DNA from: Myxococcota bacterium
Lineage (GTDB): Bacteria; Myxococcota_A; UBA9160; UBA6930
Length of the DNA stretch: 64,000 nucleotides
NCBI GenBank assembly: GCA_965223415.1
Contig: OZ245002.1
Location: forward strand, 992,001-1,056,000
Direction of reading: 5' to 3'
Position 1 is the first letter of the stretch. Each line of letters begins with the position of its first letter. Of the stretch, positions 26,859 to 37,236 are shown piece by piece. Both the position numbers and the translations under genes were made by a program. Under the pieces are notes generated by a model. It was not told where the DNA came from. It saw nothing but the letters and a program-made list of their open reading frames with translations, and ran no database searches.

Positions 26859-29054
26859 GTGTCTCGGGCCCTGATCGCCGTGCTGCTGCTCGGAACAGTC
26901 GCGTGCGGCGAGCCCCCGTCCGGGGAGCCGTCGCCTCTCCGGTACGTCGGGGCCGAAGCCTGCGCGCCCTGCCACCCGGAGGAGCTCCAGCGCTGGCGAG
27001 GCTCTCACCACGATCTGGCCATGCAGGAGGCGAGCCCGGAGACGGTGCTCGGCGACTTCTCGGACGCGATGCTCGAACATCGGGGCGAGCGGTTCCGGTT
27101 CCGGCGGCGCGGCAACCGCTTCCTGGTGGAGACGGCCGGGGCGGACGGCGAGCCAGGCGAGTTCGAGATCGCCTACACCTTCGGCGTCGCGCCCCTGCAG
27201 CAGCATCTCGTGAGGCTGCCCGGCGGGCGCCTCCAGGCACTCGGCGTGGCCTGGGACACGCGGCCGGCGGCCCGGGGCGGGCAGCGTTGGTTCCACCTGC
27301 TCCCGGACGAGACGGTGCCGCCGGGGGACGTGCTGCACTGGACCGGCCCGGCCGGAGGCTGGAACGCGATGTGCGCGGACTGTCACTCGACGAACGTCAT
27401 ACGGGGCTACCGCCTCGGGCAGGACCGTTACGAGACGACCTGGTCGGAGATCGACGTCGCCTGCGAGGCCTGCCACGGCCCGGGGTCGGCCCATGTGGAA
27501 GGCGGCGAGCTGCCCGTCCGCCTCGGGGCCGAGCGCTCGTGGCGCTTCGCGGAGGGGGCCGCCATCGCCCATCGGGTACCGGCGGGGCGGAGCGGGGAGA
27601 TCGAAGCCTGCGCGCCGTGCCATTCGCGGAGGACGCGCATCGGGCCGGAAGCTCCCGGGCAGCCCTTCCTCGACGCCTATCACCCGGCCCTGCTGGAGGA
27701 CGAGCTCTACTTCGCCGACGGGCAGATTCGCGAGGAAGTGTACGTGTGGGGCTCCTTCGTGCAGAGCCGCATGTACGCGGCGGGCGTGACCTGCAGCGAC
27801 TGTCACGACCCACACGGGCTCGCGATCGAAGAGCCCGACGCGGTGTGCTCGGGCTGCCATCGCCCGGCGGTGTTCGCGACGACCGGGCACCATCGCCACG
27901 CCGCGGGGTCGGAGGGGGCGAGCTGCGTGGCCTGCCACATGCCGTCGCGCACCTACATGGTGGTCGACGCGAGGCGGGACCACGGCTTCCGGGTCCCGCG
28001 GCCAGACCTGGGCGTCGCCCTCGGCGTGCCGGATGCCTGCACCGGCTGCCACGAGGATCGGAGCCCGGCCTGGGCGGCCGAGGCCGTCGCCGGCTGGACG
28101 GGCCGGGAGCCGCAGCCTCACGCCGCCGAGGCCGTGCACGCCGGTCGGCGACGCACGCCGGGCGCAGCGAAGGCGCTGGCCGCGCTGGCCGACGACGACG
28201 GTCGATCGGCCATGGTGCGTGCGACCGCGCTCCGCTTGCTAGGCGATCAGCTCGACGCGCGCTCCGTGGCGAGCTTGCACGCCGGCCTCCGCAGTCGCGA
28301 GCCGCTGGTCCGGATGGCGGCCGCGGGCGCTGCGGCTGGGCTGCCCCCGGCGGAGCGATGGCTGGCCCTCGAGCCGCTGCTGCGGGACGCGAGCCGCGCG
28401 GTTCGCGTGCAGGCGGCGGGGGGGCTCGCGCCGCTCCGCGCCGGCGTCACGGATCCGCGAGCCCTGGAGCCCCTCGACGCGGCCCTCGAAGAGTATCGCG
28501 CGGCCCAGTGGCTGGCCCCCGACCGGCCCGAGAGCCACGTCAACCTGGGCCTCCTCCACCAACGGCTCGGAGAGACCGACCCGGCCCGGCGCGCTTTCGA
28601 GACCGCGCTGCGCGTGGGCCCATGGTTCGTGCCGGCCTACCTGGCCCTGGCGGAGCTGGAGCGCTCCGCCGGGCGAGACGACGAGGGCGAGCGCCTGCTG
28701 CGCGGGGCCCTGACGCGCTCCCCGAACCATGCCGACGCCCTCCACGCCCTCGGCCTGCTCCAGGTCCGAGACGATCGCCACGAGGAGGCGCTGACTTCCC
28801 TGGCCCGCGCCGCCGAAGGGGCGCCGGACAACCCGCGCTACGCCTACGCCCACGGCCTCGCCCTCCACGCCACCGGCGACCTACCCGGCGCCCTCGACCT
28901 CCTTGCCCGCGCCCACGAGCGCCATCCCGGCGACATCGACCTCCTGGTCTCCCTCGTCACCTTCCACCGCGACGCCGGCCAGCCCGAGGCCGCCCGCCGC
29001 TACGCCCGCAAGCTCCACGCACTCCACCCCGACCACCCCGCCGCCGCCCAGTGA
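26859..29054 (+). CDS. Multiheme c-type cytochrome lipoprotein (8 CxxCH) with HEAT/TPR repeats
   Basis: CAPCH, CADCH, CEACH, CAPCH, CSDCH, CSGCH, CVACH, CTGCH; lipobox TVAC. Confidence 0.9.
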   Translation: MSRALIAVLLLGTVACGEPPSGEPSPLRYVGAEACAPCHPEELQRWRGSHHDLAMQEASPETVLGDFSDAMLEHRGERFRFRRRGNRFLVETAGADGEPGEFEIAYTFGVAPLQQHLVRLPGGRLQALGVAWDTRPAARGGQRWFHLLPDETVPPGDVLHWTGPAGGWNAMCADCHSTNVIRGYRLGQDRYETTWSEIDVACEACHGPGSAHVEGGELPVRLGAERSWRFAEGAAIAHRVPAGRSGEIEACAPCHSRRTRIGPEAPGQPFLDAYHPALLEDELYFADGQIREEVYVWGSFVQSRMYAAGVTCSDCHDPHGLAIEEPDAVCSGCHRPAVFATTGHHRHAAGSEGASCVACHMPSRTYMVVDARRDHGFRVPRPDLGVALGVPDACTGCHEDRSPAWAAEAVAGWTGREPQPHAAEAVHAGRRRTPGAAKALAALADDDGRSAMVRATALRLLGDQLDARSVASLHAGLRSREPLVRMAAAGAAAGLPPAERWLALEPLLRDASRAVRVQAAGGLAPLRAGVTDPRALEPLDAALEEYRAAQWLAPDRPESHVNLGLLHQRLGETDPARRAFETALRVGPWFVPAYLALAELERSAGRDDEGERLLRGALTRSPNHADALHALGLLQVRDDRHEEALTSLARAAEGAPDNPRYAYAHGLALHATGDLPGALDLLARAHERHPGDIDLLVSLVTFHRDAGQPEAARRYARKLHALHPDHPAAAQ

Positions 29055-29142
29055 ACGCACCACCGGTGTCGCGTTCAGGTGGCGGAGCGCTCAACGCGAC
29101 AAGGGTGTGGCGTTCAGGAACGTCCCCAGTATTGCGTTCAGG
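29052..29142. repeat. Cluster of short GCGTTCAG(G) repeats with hairpins between convergent genes
   Basis: GCGTTCAGG at 29071, 29110 and 29134; inverse TGAACGC at 29052; stem 29067-29075/29093-29101. Confidence 0.5.
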
Positions 29143-32100
29143 CGGTCGAAGAGGGTGGGGAGGATGGTGGGAGCGTCGGCTTCGGTAAGGGCGGTGAGGA
29201 GCTCGGCGAGGAGGGGCTGGGCGACATCGGGGCGGCCGCGGCGCAGCAGGCGCAGGGGGGTGCGCAGGCCTTGCTGGAGCTGGCGCTTGAGGGCGCGCTC
29301 CTCGACGGTGCCCTTCCAGACCTGGATATCCCGGTCCAGGGCCTCGAGCTCCCAGGCGAGGGCGGAGCCGGGCTCGGGGCGTGGCGCCAGGGGCGACACG
29401 CCGGAGTGCAGGTTCTGGGTGTTGCGGCGATCGCGGCCGAAGCCCTGCCAGGGGATGGCGGCCTCGGTGGCGGCGGCGGGGGTGTCCCACACGTAGAGGT
29501 TACCCTCCCGGGTCGCGGCGACGACTTCGATCCGGCCGTCGCCGTCCACGTCGCCGGCGGTCGGCGAGGCGATGATCCAGCCGTGGGTGAACTTCGGGAA
29601 GCCGGCGGGCTGGCTGCCGTCGGAGCGGTACGCCCGCAGCAGGTAGGCACCGCTGCCTTGCAGCACCTCGGCACGGCCGTCGCCGTCCACGTCCGCCAGG
29701 GCCGGCGAGGTGATGAACATCAGGTCGTCCATCACGGCGGGAAAGGCCGGCAGCACCTCACCGGTCGTCGTGTCCCAGGCCGTGACCTGGTGATCGCCCG
29801 GCGTCTGGAGCGCGGGCGCCGCCGTGTCGAAGAGCTTGCGGAGCCCGACCGTCGGTGCCGCGAACTCCGGGCGCCCGTCCCCGCTAAGGTCCCCGAAGAC
29901 ACCGGAGCCGACGGCGGCGAGGAACGGCGCGTCTCCCGAGCCCGCTGTCGCGGGCACCACGGGGAAGCCGGCGGGCAGGAAGTCCTGGGCGAAGGCGCGA
30001 GGAAGGCCGCCGAACTCGCCGAGACGCGGCAGGGCGTCCGGCCCCCAGAGCATCGCCGGCCCGGCCGTCGCGAAGAGCGCCGTCGAGGCACGGCCGTCGC
30101 CGTCGAGCTCGGCCATGGCCGGCGAACCCGGCGCGCCGGTGCCGACCGTGGGCAGCAGACCGGGTGTCAGCAGGGGGACCCGCACCGGCCAGCCCGGCAC
30201 GAAGGGCCCGCCGGGGCTACGCGTCCCTTCGGCGCGCACCGCGTAGAGCCGGCTCGACACGTCGAACTCGAGGCCCGCATCGAGAACCGAGAGCACCTGG
30301 ATCAGCAGGGTCTCCCGGGCGAAGCCGTCCGGCTCGCCCTCGTACTCCTCGTTGCTCGGAACCAGGATCTCGTCCCGTCCGTCGCCGTCCAGGTCGCCGA
30401 CCGCCGGCGAGCCCATCAGCTTGGCGCCGCGCTCGCGTACGCCTGCGGCCCGGGGCGTGGCGCGGCCGGTCGCCGGATCGACGTCGACGCGGCTGCGGTC
30501 GGCGATGCGCACCGGGAAGCCGTCGACCGGCTCGCCGCTGGCCCGCCACGCGTAGAGGTGACCGTCCATCGCCGCGATCACGATCTCGAGCGCCGGCTCG
30601 GCCCCGGGCGCGTCCAGGTCGACGAGAGTCGGCGCCGCGAAGATCCCAGGATCCGTGTCGTTCAGCACGTCGCGCTGGGCCGGATCCGAGAGGGCCGGAT
30701 CCGTCGACACCGGAAAGCCGCGCCGCAGGTCGCCGTGATCGTCGAACACGTAGACGCGTCCCTCGACCGACGCCACCACCACCTCGACCCGCCCGTCGCC
30801 ATCCAGGTCGTCGGCGGCGGTCGCCGCGAGGATCGCCTCGTGGGGCACCGGCACCTCGCCGCTCGTGTACGCGTGGCTGCGGTGCACGGGCAGGCGGCGC
30901 GTGCGCACCGGGAAGCCGGACAGCTCGGCCCCCGTGTCGCCCCGCCAGGCATGGACGGAGCCGTCGGCGGTGCCGTAGACGATGTCGAGCACGCCGTCCC
31001 GGTTCAGGTCCGCGAGGGCTGGCGAGCCTTCGGCCGAGCTATCGAGGGCGAGGGGCGGCCGGGCGAGGCTGGGATCGCTGTGCACCGCGACGGTGCGCCG
31101 ATCCTCGCCGACGAGCCCGTTGCGATCCGTGACCCGCAGCCGCAGCGTCACCGTGTGATCGTCCGGCGCGCTCACGACGGCCGAAGGATCGAAGCCGCAG
31201 GCGGCCGCCGTCTCCGCCGGCCGCCACGTTCCGAGCGGCGCCGTTCGCAGCGGCGTGTCCGACCGGTCCCTCGCGATCTCCGTGAAGCTCCCCGGCTGCA
31301 CGCCGCAGCCGACCTCGACCACGAGCTCGAAACTCCCGCCGACCCGCACCGCGCCGGCGGATCCCACGACGACCACCTCGGGCCGTTGGAGCGGATCGAC
31401 CGTGTCGAACCAGCGCAGGCCGCCGGAAAGGTCCGCTTCCGGCGGGATGTCGGTCGCGTCGATCGCGACCAGCCGGCCGGCGTCCGGCTTTCCGTAGCCG
31501 GTGAACTGGTCCCAGCCGGCCTGGGTGGCGTAGCGCTGGGAGCCGAAGAAGAGGCCGGCGGCGACGGACGAGAGCGCGGTCTGAAAGAGCGAGTCCATCG
31601 ACAGGTCGAAGAGATCGTGGCTGTGGTCGACGTCCAGCGCCGAGCGGCGCAGGAGCTGGCGGATCTCCTCCGCCGAGAAAGGCGTGCGGTCGGTCAGCCC
31701 CGGATAGGGACGCAGCCGCCCCGCCTCGACCAGGTTCCGTCCGCGCGAGACCAGCAGCGCCGCCAGCCCTGCGCCCCGGCCCGTCGCTTCCGAGCTGCAT
31801 GAGTTCGAGGAGACGGCCACCCAGGCCCGCCCGCCGAAGTTCGTGCAGCCGTTCAGCAGGTCGTACTCCTGCTCCTGCTCGACCAGGTCGCCATCGCCAT
31901 GAACGATCGAGTTCAGCCAGATCGTGTGGTCGAGGACCGCCGGGAAGTTGTGGTGGCGGCTCGACTCGTCGGCCGCGCTGGCCATCACCGGCACGCCGCG
32001 ACGATAGGCGTAGTCGATCGCCGCCTGGCTGCTGGGAGAGGCACCGATCGCGCCGAGGGCCTCCTGCACGACGGCCGCGCCGTTCTCCGTGGCGTAGACC

Positions 32101-32801
32101 ACCGCCTGGGCGAAGTCCGGGCCGAAGGCGACGAAGCTGTCGGCCACCTTGAGCGGCATGAACATCGCGCTTGGGGCCACGCCGGGCATCCCGCCGCCGT
32201 TGTTCGCCTCGCCGGTGCTGTCCTCGGCCTCGCCGGTTCCGTGGCCGTAGTCGACGACGTCCTCCGGATCGTTGTCGCCGTCCGCGAAGTCCCAGCCCGC
32301 GATGTCGTCGACGTAGCCATTGCGGTCGTCGTCGACACCGTCGGAGAAGGCGCGGATCAGGTCTTGCCCGTCGAGCAGCCCGTTGCCGTTGGCATCGGGC
32401 AGGCCCGCGTAGTCGTCGACGGAGACGAAGCCGTCGCCGTTGCAGTCATGAACGGCGCATCCGGCCGGCGGCGGCAGCTCGTCGCGATTCAGCGCGACCT
32501 TGCGGGCCACGTCGGCGGCATGCCAGCGGATGCCGCTGTCGAGCACGGCGACGACCACGTCGGGCCGACCGGTCGTCACCTGCCAGGCGGAGGGAACGTC
32601 CATGCCGCTCCCGGCGTTGTACTTCCAGGCGCCGCCGGACGCCGGGTCGAAGTCGTCCGGGAGCTGGCCCGGGGGCAGGAAGAGGTAGGCGCCGAAGTCG
32701 CGCGGATCGCTGCAGCCGGCGTCGGCGCAGGTCGGGAAGGGCACGTCCGCGGACGCCTGAGCGGCGAGGAGGAACAGGCAGAGCGGGAGCAGCAGGCGCA
32801 T
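29091..32801 (-). CDS. Secreted S8 (subtilisin-like) peptidase with FG-GAP repeats
   Basis: Signal peptide; VAVLDSG, YGHGT, CSSEATGRGAGLAALL; many DLDGDG repeats. Confidence 0.85.
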   Translation of the reverse strand: MRLLLPLCLFLLAAQASADVPFPTCADAGCSDPRDFGAYLFLPPGQLPDDFDPASGGAWKYNAGSGMDVPSAWQVTTGRPDVVVAVLDSGIRWHAADVARKVALNRDELPPPAGCAVHDCNGDGFVSVDDYAGLPDANGNGLLDGQDLIRAFSDGVDDDRNGYVDDIAGWDFADGDNDPEDVVDYGHGTGEAEDSTGEANNGGGMPGVAPSAMFMPLKVADSFVAFGPDFAQAVVYATENGAAVVQEALGAIGASPSSQAAIDYAYRRGVPVMASAADESSRHHNFPAVLDHTIWLNSIVHGDGDLVEQEQEYDLLNGCTNFGGRAWVAVSSNSCSSEATGRGAGLAALLVSRGRNLVEAGRLRPYPGLTDRTPFSAEEIRQLLRRSALDVDHSHDLFDLSMDSLFQTALSSVAAGLFFGSQRYATQAGWDQFTGYGKPDAGRLVAIDATDIPPEADLSGGLRWFDTVDPLQRPEVVVVGSAGAVRVGGSFELVVEVGCGVQPGSFTEIARDRSDTPLRTAPLGTWRPAETAAACGFDPSAVVSAPDDHTVTLRLRVTDRNGLVGEDRRTVAVHSDPSLARPPLALDSSAEGSPALADLNRDGVLDIVYGTADGSVHAWRGDTGAELSGFPVRTRRLPVHRSHAYTSGEVPVPHEAILAATAADDLDGDGRVEVVVASVEGRVYVFDDHGDLRRGFPVSTDPALSDPAQRDVLNDTDPGIFAAPTLVDLDAPGAEPALEIVIAAMDGHLYAWRASGEPVDGFPVRIADRSRVDVDPATGRATPRAAGVRERGAKLMGSPAVGDLDGDGRDEILVPSNEEYEGEPDGFARETLLIQVLSVLDAGLEFDVSSRLYAVRAEGTRSPGGPFVPGWPVRVPLLTPGLLPTVGTGAPGSPAMAELDGDGRASTALFATAGPAMLWGPDALPRLGEFGGLPRAFAQDFLPAGFPVVPATAGSGDAPFLAAVGSGVFGDLSGDGRPEFAAPTVGLRKLFDTAAPALQTPGDHQVTAWDTTTGEVLPAFPAVMDDLMFITSPALADVDGDGRAEVLQGSGAYLLRAYRSDGSQPAGFPKFTHGWIIASPTAGDVDGDGRIEVVAATREGNLYVWDTPAAATEAAIPWQGFGRDRRNTQNLHSGVSPLAPRPEPGSALAWELEALDRDIQVWKGTVEERALKRQLQQGLRTPLRLLRRGRPDVAQPLLAELLTALTEADAPTILPTLFDRLNAILGTFLNATPLSR

Positions 32802-32897
32802 CGGGGCCCTCCGCGGCTGGGTGGGCGATTCCCCGACGCTATCGCATTTCCTCCGTTCGGACGGGCGGTCCCCCGTGCTTCCCGGAGAGCGGGGCGC

Positions 32898-33548
32898 TCA
32901 GCCCCTCGCGAGGCCGCGGATCACCAGATCGGCCAGGGCGTCGGCGGTCTCCTTCGCCGGAGAGCGCGCGATCTCCGCCACGTCGGGACGCGCGAACTCG
33001 CGGCCCAGGCCGCCGAGCAGGTGCGCCACCGCCGCCGTGTCGACCGGCGGGATCTCCCCCTCGTCGACCGCCTCGTCGAGCAGGTGCCGGGTCACGGCCA
33101 TCACGTAGCCCTCGTGGCCGTCGAGCAGGCGCTTCGCGCCGGGCACGAAGCCGAAGTCCCGGGAGAAGGAGGCCGCCTCGGGCTGCACCGCCTGGTTGGC
33201 GGCGCGGAGATAAGTGCGCAGCGCCGTGAGCGGCGAGAGGGACTCGTCGAGGGCCTCGATCGCGCGCCGGCCGATCCGGTGCAGGCGGCGATCGACCACG
33301 GTGAGCACGAGCTCTTCCTTGCTAGGCGCGATGCCGTAGAGGGTCCGCAGCGAGCAGCCCACTTCCGCGGCGATCTGCGCCATGGTCAGCTCCGCGAGCT
33401 CCTCCCTCGCCACCAGCTTCTCGAGCTCGTCCAGGAGCTCGCGCTGGCGGGCGGTCAGACGCCGCTCCGCCTCCGGGGGCAGCAGGGGCTTGGGCGCGCG
33501 CACGCCCGGGAAGCGGCGCCGCACTCGCGGGGCCTCGTCCGCCGTCAC
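32898..33548 (-). CDS. TetR-family transcriptional regulator
   Basis: LTMAQIAAEVGCSLRTLYGIAPSKEEL; GTGA overlap with the atuA-like stop codon. Confidence 0.88.
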   Translation of the reverse strand: MTADEAPRVRRRFPGVRAPKPLLPPEAERRLTARQRELLDELEKLVAREELAELTMAQIAAEVGCSLRTLYGIAPSKEELVLTVVDRRLHRIGRRAIEALDESLSPLTALRTYLRAANQAVQPEAASFSRDFGFVPGAKRLLDGHEGYVMAVTRHLLDEAVDEGEIPPVDTAAVAHLLGGLGREFARPDVAEIARSPAKETADALADLVIRGLARG

Positions 33549-35299
33549 GAAAGCAGCGCCTCCGGTACGTCGACGAAGCGGGCACGCAGCCACTCGCCGA
33601 GGCTCTTGGCCTGCCCGTCCTGACGCGTCGAGGCGGCCACACCTTCCTCCAGCAGCCCGTGAACCACGAAGTTCAGGCTGCGCAGGGCTGGCAGGCGATG
33701 CCGGTCGACGGGGAGCGGCGCCACCTCCGGCAGCAGCTCGCGCAGGCGCTCCTCGGTGAGGAAGCCGTCGAGCCAGGCCCAGGCCTCGTCGCTGCGCGCG
33801 AAGACACCCAGGTTCGCGTTTCCGCCCTTGTCGCCGGAGCGTGCGCCGACCACGCGGCCGATCGGCGCCCGCACCGTGGGGCCCTCCGGCGCCGGGGCGC
33901 TCGGCCCGGGCTTGCCGCGGACGGCGACCTCGGGCCGCGGCACCACCGACGACACGAGGGTGCTCTCGCCTCCGAGCATCACCACTTCCTGGGAGACGAG
34001 CTCCGCCGGCACCATGGCCGGCTCGTACACGCCGAAGGGCCGGCCGCCGGAGGGGCCGCTGCCGACCCCGAAGTAGCCGGGGATCGTGGCCAGGGCCAGC
34101 TCGGTCACGGCATTGGAGAAGGCGCGGCCCACCTTCTTCTCGTCCGGGTCCTTCGCGCTGATGCGCCACAGGGCCACCGCCTGCTCGTTCGTCTCCGGGT
34201 CCTGCTTGTCGGTGCGCACCACCCGCGTCGTCACCTGGGCGAAGTCCTCGGGGCCGTAGGGGCAGGCGCGCCAGAATGCGGCCTCGACCAGCGCGGCCTT
34301 CTCCTCGATGTCGAGCCCGGTGAGGCACACGCTCATGTCGTTGCGGAAGCCGCCGGCGCGGTTCAGGCACACCTTGAGGGTCGCCGGCGGCGGCTCACCC
34401 TGGATGCCGTGCATGCGCACGCGGTCCGATGCCGCCTGCTCGAGCTCGATGGTGTCGAAGCGGGTGGTCACGTCGGGGCCGAAGTACTCGGGGCCGCCGA
34501 TCTCGTAGAGGAGCTGGGAGGTCACCGTGCCTACCGAGACCTCCCCTCCGGTCCCGTCGTGCTTGCCGATCACCGAGGAGCCGTCGGCGGCCACCTCGGC
34601 CCACGGGAACCCGGTGCGCTCCATGCCCTGCACCTCGGTGAAGAAGGAGTAGTTGCCTCCCGTCGCCTGGGTGCCGCACTCGATCACGTGACCCGCGGCC
34701 ACGCCTCCGGCCAGCGCGTTCCAATCCGTGCGCGTCCAGCCGTGGTGCCACGCGGCCGGGCCGCACACCACCGCCGCGTCGGTAGCGCGCCCGGTGATGA
34801 CGACGTCGGCCCCCTGGTTCAGCGCCTCGACGATGCCCCAGCAACCGAAGTAGGCGTTGGCCGTCAGGAAGGCGGCCTCCTTGATCGGGTCGCCGGTCTC
34901 GAAGTGACGGAGCTGATCGGCGGCGATCAGCTCCGCCATGCGAGGCATGAGGTCGTCGCCGCGCACGTAGGCGATCTTCGGGTGGAGCCCGAGCTTGTCG
35001 GCCACCTCGGCCACCGCCTCGGCGCAGCCGTCCGGGTCGAGGCCTCCCGCGTTCGAGACGACCTTGATGCCCTTGTCCATGCAGGTGCCGAGCACCTGCT
35101 CCACCTGCATCACGAAGGTGGGGGCGAAGCCGCCGCCGGGCCGCTTGGCACGGGTGCGGGAGAGGATCAGCATGGTCAGCTCAGCGAGCCAGTCACCGGT
35201 GAGCACGTCGATCGGGCCGTCCTCGACCATCTCGCGGGCCGCGGACAGGCGGTCGCCGAAGAAGCCTGAGCAGTTCGCGATGCGGATCGGATCGGTCAT
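33545..35299 (-). CDS. atuA: Acyclic terpene utilisation AtuA-family protein
   Basis: IRIANCSGFFGDR, DWLAELTM, GHVIECGTQATGGN, ARSGDKGGNANLG, DGQAKSLGE. Confidence 0.9.
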   Translation of the reverse strand: MTDPIRIANCSGFFGDRLSAAREMVEDGPIDVLTGDWLAELTMLILSRTRAKRPGGGFAPTFVMQVEQVLGTCMDKGIKVVSNAGGLDPDGCAEAVAEVADKLGLHPKIAYVRGDDLMPRMAELIAADQLRHFETGDPIKEAAFLTANAYFGCWGIVEALNQGADVVITGRATDAAVVCGPAAWHHGWTRTDWNALAGGVAAGHVIECGTQATGGNYSFFTEVQGMERTGFPWAEVAADGSSVIGKHDGTGGEVSVGTVTSQLLYEIGGPEYFGPDVTTRFDTIELEQAASDRVRMHGIQGEPPPATLKVCLNRAGGFRNDMSVCLTGLDIEEKAALVEAAFWRACPYGPEDFAQVTTRVVRTDKQDPETNEQAVALWRISAKDPDEKKVGRAFSNAVTELALATIPGYFGVGSGPSGGRPFGVYEPAMVPAELVSQEVVMLGGESTLVSSVVPRPEVAVRGKPGPSAPAPEGPTVRAPIGRVVGARSGDKGGNANLGVFARSDEAWAWLDGFLTEERLRELLPEVAPLPVDRHRLPALRSLNFVVHGLLEEGVAASTRQDGQAKSLGEWLRARFVDVPEALLS

Positions 35300-37236
35300 T
35301 CCTGTGCCTCCTCGGCGGGCTCGACGACGAGCAGCACGGCGCCGCTCTCCACCTGGTCGCCCAGGGCGACCCGCACCTCACTGACGACGCCGGCTTCGGC
35401 GGCGCGCATCGGGTGCTCCATCTTCATGGCCTCGAGGACGACCAGGGTCTGGCCGGCCTCGACCGTGTCGCCCACCTGCACGCGCAGGTCGATGATCTTG
35501 CCGGGCATGGCGGCGACGAAGCCGCCGGCGGTGTCCTCGCTCCCCGGGATCTCGAAGCGCGGCAGCACCTGGAGCTCCACGTCGCCACCGGGGGCCTGCA
35601 CGACCAGGCGATCCCCGGCGCGGGTCACGCCCAGGCGGCTGCGCCGTCCGTCGACCTCGACGTCGATCCCGTCCCCGCTCCAGGCGTGGATGCGGGCGTG
35701 GCCGCCGTCACCGAAGCGGAAGCGCCCTTCGCGCAGGCGCCGGTAGGTCACCCGGAGCTCGTCCTCGCCCAGACGGAAGCGCGCATCCTGGTCCGGCAGC
35801 CGCGCGTTGCGCCAGCCGCTCGCGACCCAGCCGAGCACCGGTGCCTCGGCCCGGTTCGCGCCCTGGATCCAAAGTGCCGCGGCCCGCGCCAGCCGCGTCC
35901 GCTCCTCTTCGGGCAGGGCGAGGCGGCGGACCGGCCGGACGCGCTCGATGAAGTCCGTCGTCGTGTCACCGGCCAGGAAGGCGGCGCTGCGCAGGGTCGC
36001 GGCCAGGAAGTCCCGGTTGGTGGTGACGCCGCCCAGGTGCGTGCGCTCGAGTGCCAGGGCCAGGCGGCCGGCCGCCTCGGCGCGTGTAGGCGCATGGGCG
36101 ATCACCTTGGCGAGCATGGGATCGAAGGCGGTGCCGACCACGGAGCCCTCGGCGACGCCCGAATCCCAGCGCACCTCGGGCTCCGGCGCCGGCCGGAACG
36201 CGAAGAGCGTGCCGGTGGCGGGCAGGAAGTCCGCCGAGGGGTCTTCGGCGTAGAGCCGCGCCTCGATGGCGGCGCCTTCGAAGCGGACGTCCCCTTGCGC
36301 GTAGCCCAGCGGCTCGCCGGCGGCGATGCGAAGCTGCTCGCGCACCAGGTCGGTGCCGGTGACCGCCTCGGTCACCGGGTGCTCCACCTGCAGCCGGGTG
36401 TTCACCTCGAGGAAGAAGAACTCGCCGGTCGCGTCGTCCAGCAGGAACTCGACGGTCCCGGCGCTCTGGTAGCCGAGCTCTCGGGCCAGGCGCAGAGCGG
36501 CCTCGCCCATGCGCTCGCGCAGGGCGGCGTCGACCCGCGGCGAAGGCGACTCCTCCAGGATCTTCTGGTGGCGGCGCTGGATCGAGCACTCGCGCTCCCC
36601 CAGGTGTACGACGTTCCCGTGGGCGTCGCCCAGGATCTGGATTTCGATGTGGCGCGCCCGCGAGACGAAGCGCTCGAGGAACACCCGGTCGTCGCCGAAG
36701 CCGCTCAGGGCTTCGCGCCGGGCGGCCGCCACCGCCTCCTCGAGGCCGGATGCGTCCTCGACGACGCGCATGCCCTTGCCGCCGCCGCCCGCCGCCGCCT
36801 TGACCAGCAGCGGGAAGCCCACCGCGCCGGCCGCCGCCGGATCCTCCGAGCCGGGGAGGGTCGGCACCCGGGCCCGCTCGGCCAGGGCCTTCGCCGCGAG
36901 CTTGTCGCCCATCTGCTCGATGGCGGCGGGCGAAGGGCCGACCCAGACGAGGCCTGCCGCCGTGACGGCCGAGGCGAAGCCCGCGTTCTCCGAGAGGAAG
37001 CCGTAGCCCGGGTGCACGGCGCCCGCACCGGTGGCCTTCGCGGCGTCGATGATCGCCTTGCCGTCGAGATAGGAATCCGGCAGGCGGACCGCCTCGTCCG
37101 CATCGGCCACGTGGGGCGAGCCGGCGTCCGCGTCCACGTAGATCGCGACGGAGCGCAGCCCCATCGCGCGAGCACTCCGGATCACGCGGCGCGCGATCTC
37201 TCCCCGGTTGGCGACCAGAAGCGTCGTGAAGCTCAC
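35296..37236 (-). CDS. Acyl-CoA carboxylase alpha subunit (biotin carboxylase + BCCP; AtuF/LiuD-like)
   Basis: LVANRGEIA, HPGYGFLSEN, RECSIQRRHQK, EAMKME biotin site; GTG start. Confidence 0.92.
   Translation of the reverse strand: MSFTTLLVANRGEIARRVIRSARAMGLRSVAIYVDADAGSPHVADADEAVRLPDSYLDGKAIIDAAKATGAGAVHPGYGFLSENAGFASAVTAAGLVWVGPSPAAIEQMGDKLAAKALAERARVPTLPGSEDPAAAGAVGFPLLVKAAAGGGGKGMRVVEDASGLEEAVAAARREALSGFGDDRVFLERFVSRARHIEIQILGDAHGNVVHLGERECSIQRRHQKILEESPSPRVDAALRERMGEAALRLARELGYQSAGTVEFLLDDATGEFFFLEVNTRLQVEHPVTEAVTGTDLVREQLRIAAGEPLGYAQGDVRFEGAAIEARLYAEDPSADFLPATGTLFAFRPAPEPEVRWDSGVAEGSVVGTAFDPMLAKVIAHAPTRAEAAGRLALALERTHLGGVTTNRDFLAATLRSAAFLAGDTTTDFIERVRPVRRLALPEEERTRLARAAALWIQGANRAEAPVLGWVASGWRNARLPDQDARFRLGEDELRVTYRRLREGRFRFGDGGHARIHAWSGDGIDVEVDGRRSRLGVTRAGDRLVVQAPGGDVELQVLPRFEIPGSEDTAGGFVAAMPGKIIDLRVQVGDTVEAGQTLVVLEAMKMEHPMRAAEAGVVSEVRVALGDQVESGAVLLVVEPAEEAQE

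Noticed and set aside
29091..32801. DxDGDG repeats as an RTX toxin or a DNA repeat array
   Set aside because: They are protein-level FG-GAP/calcium-binding motifs without nucleotide periodicity
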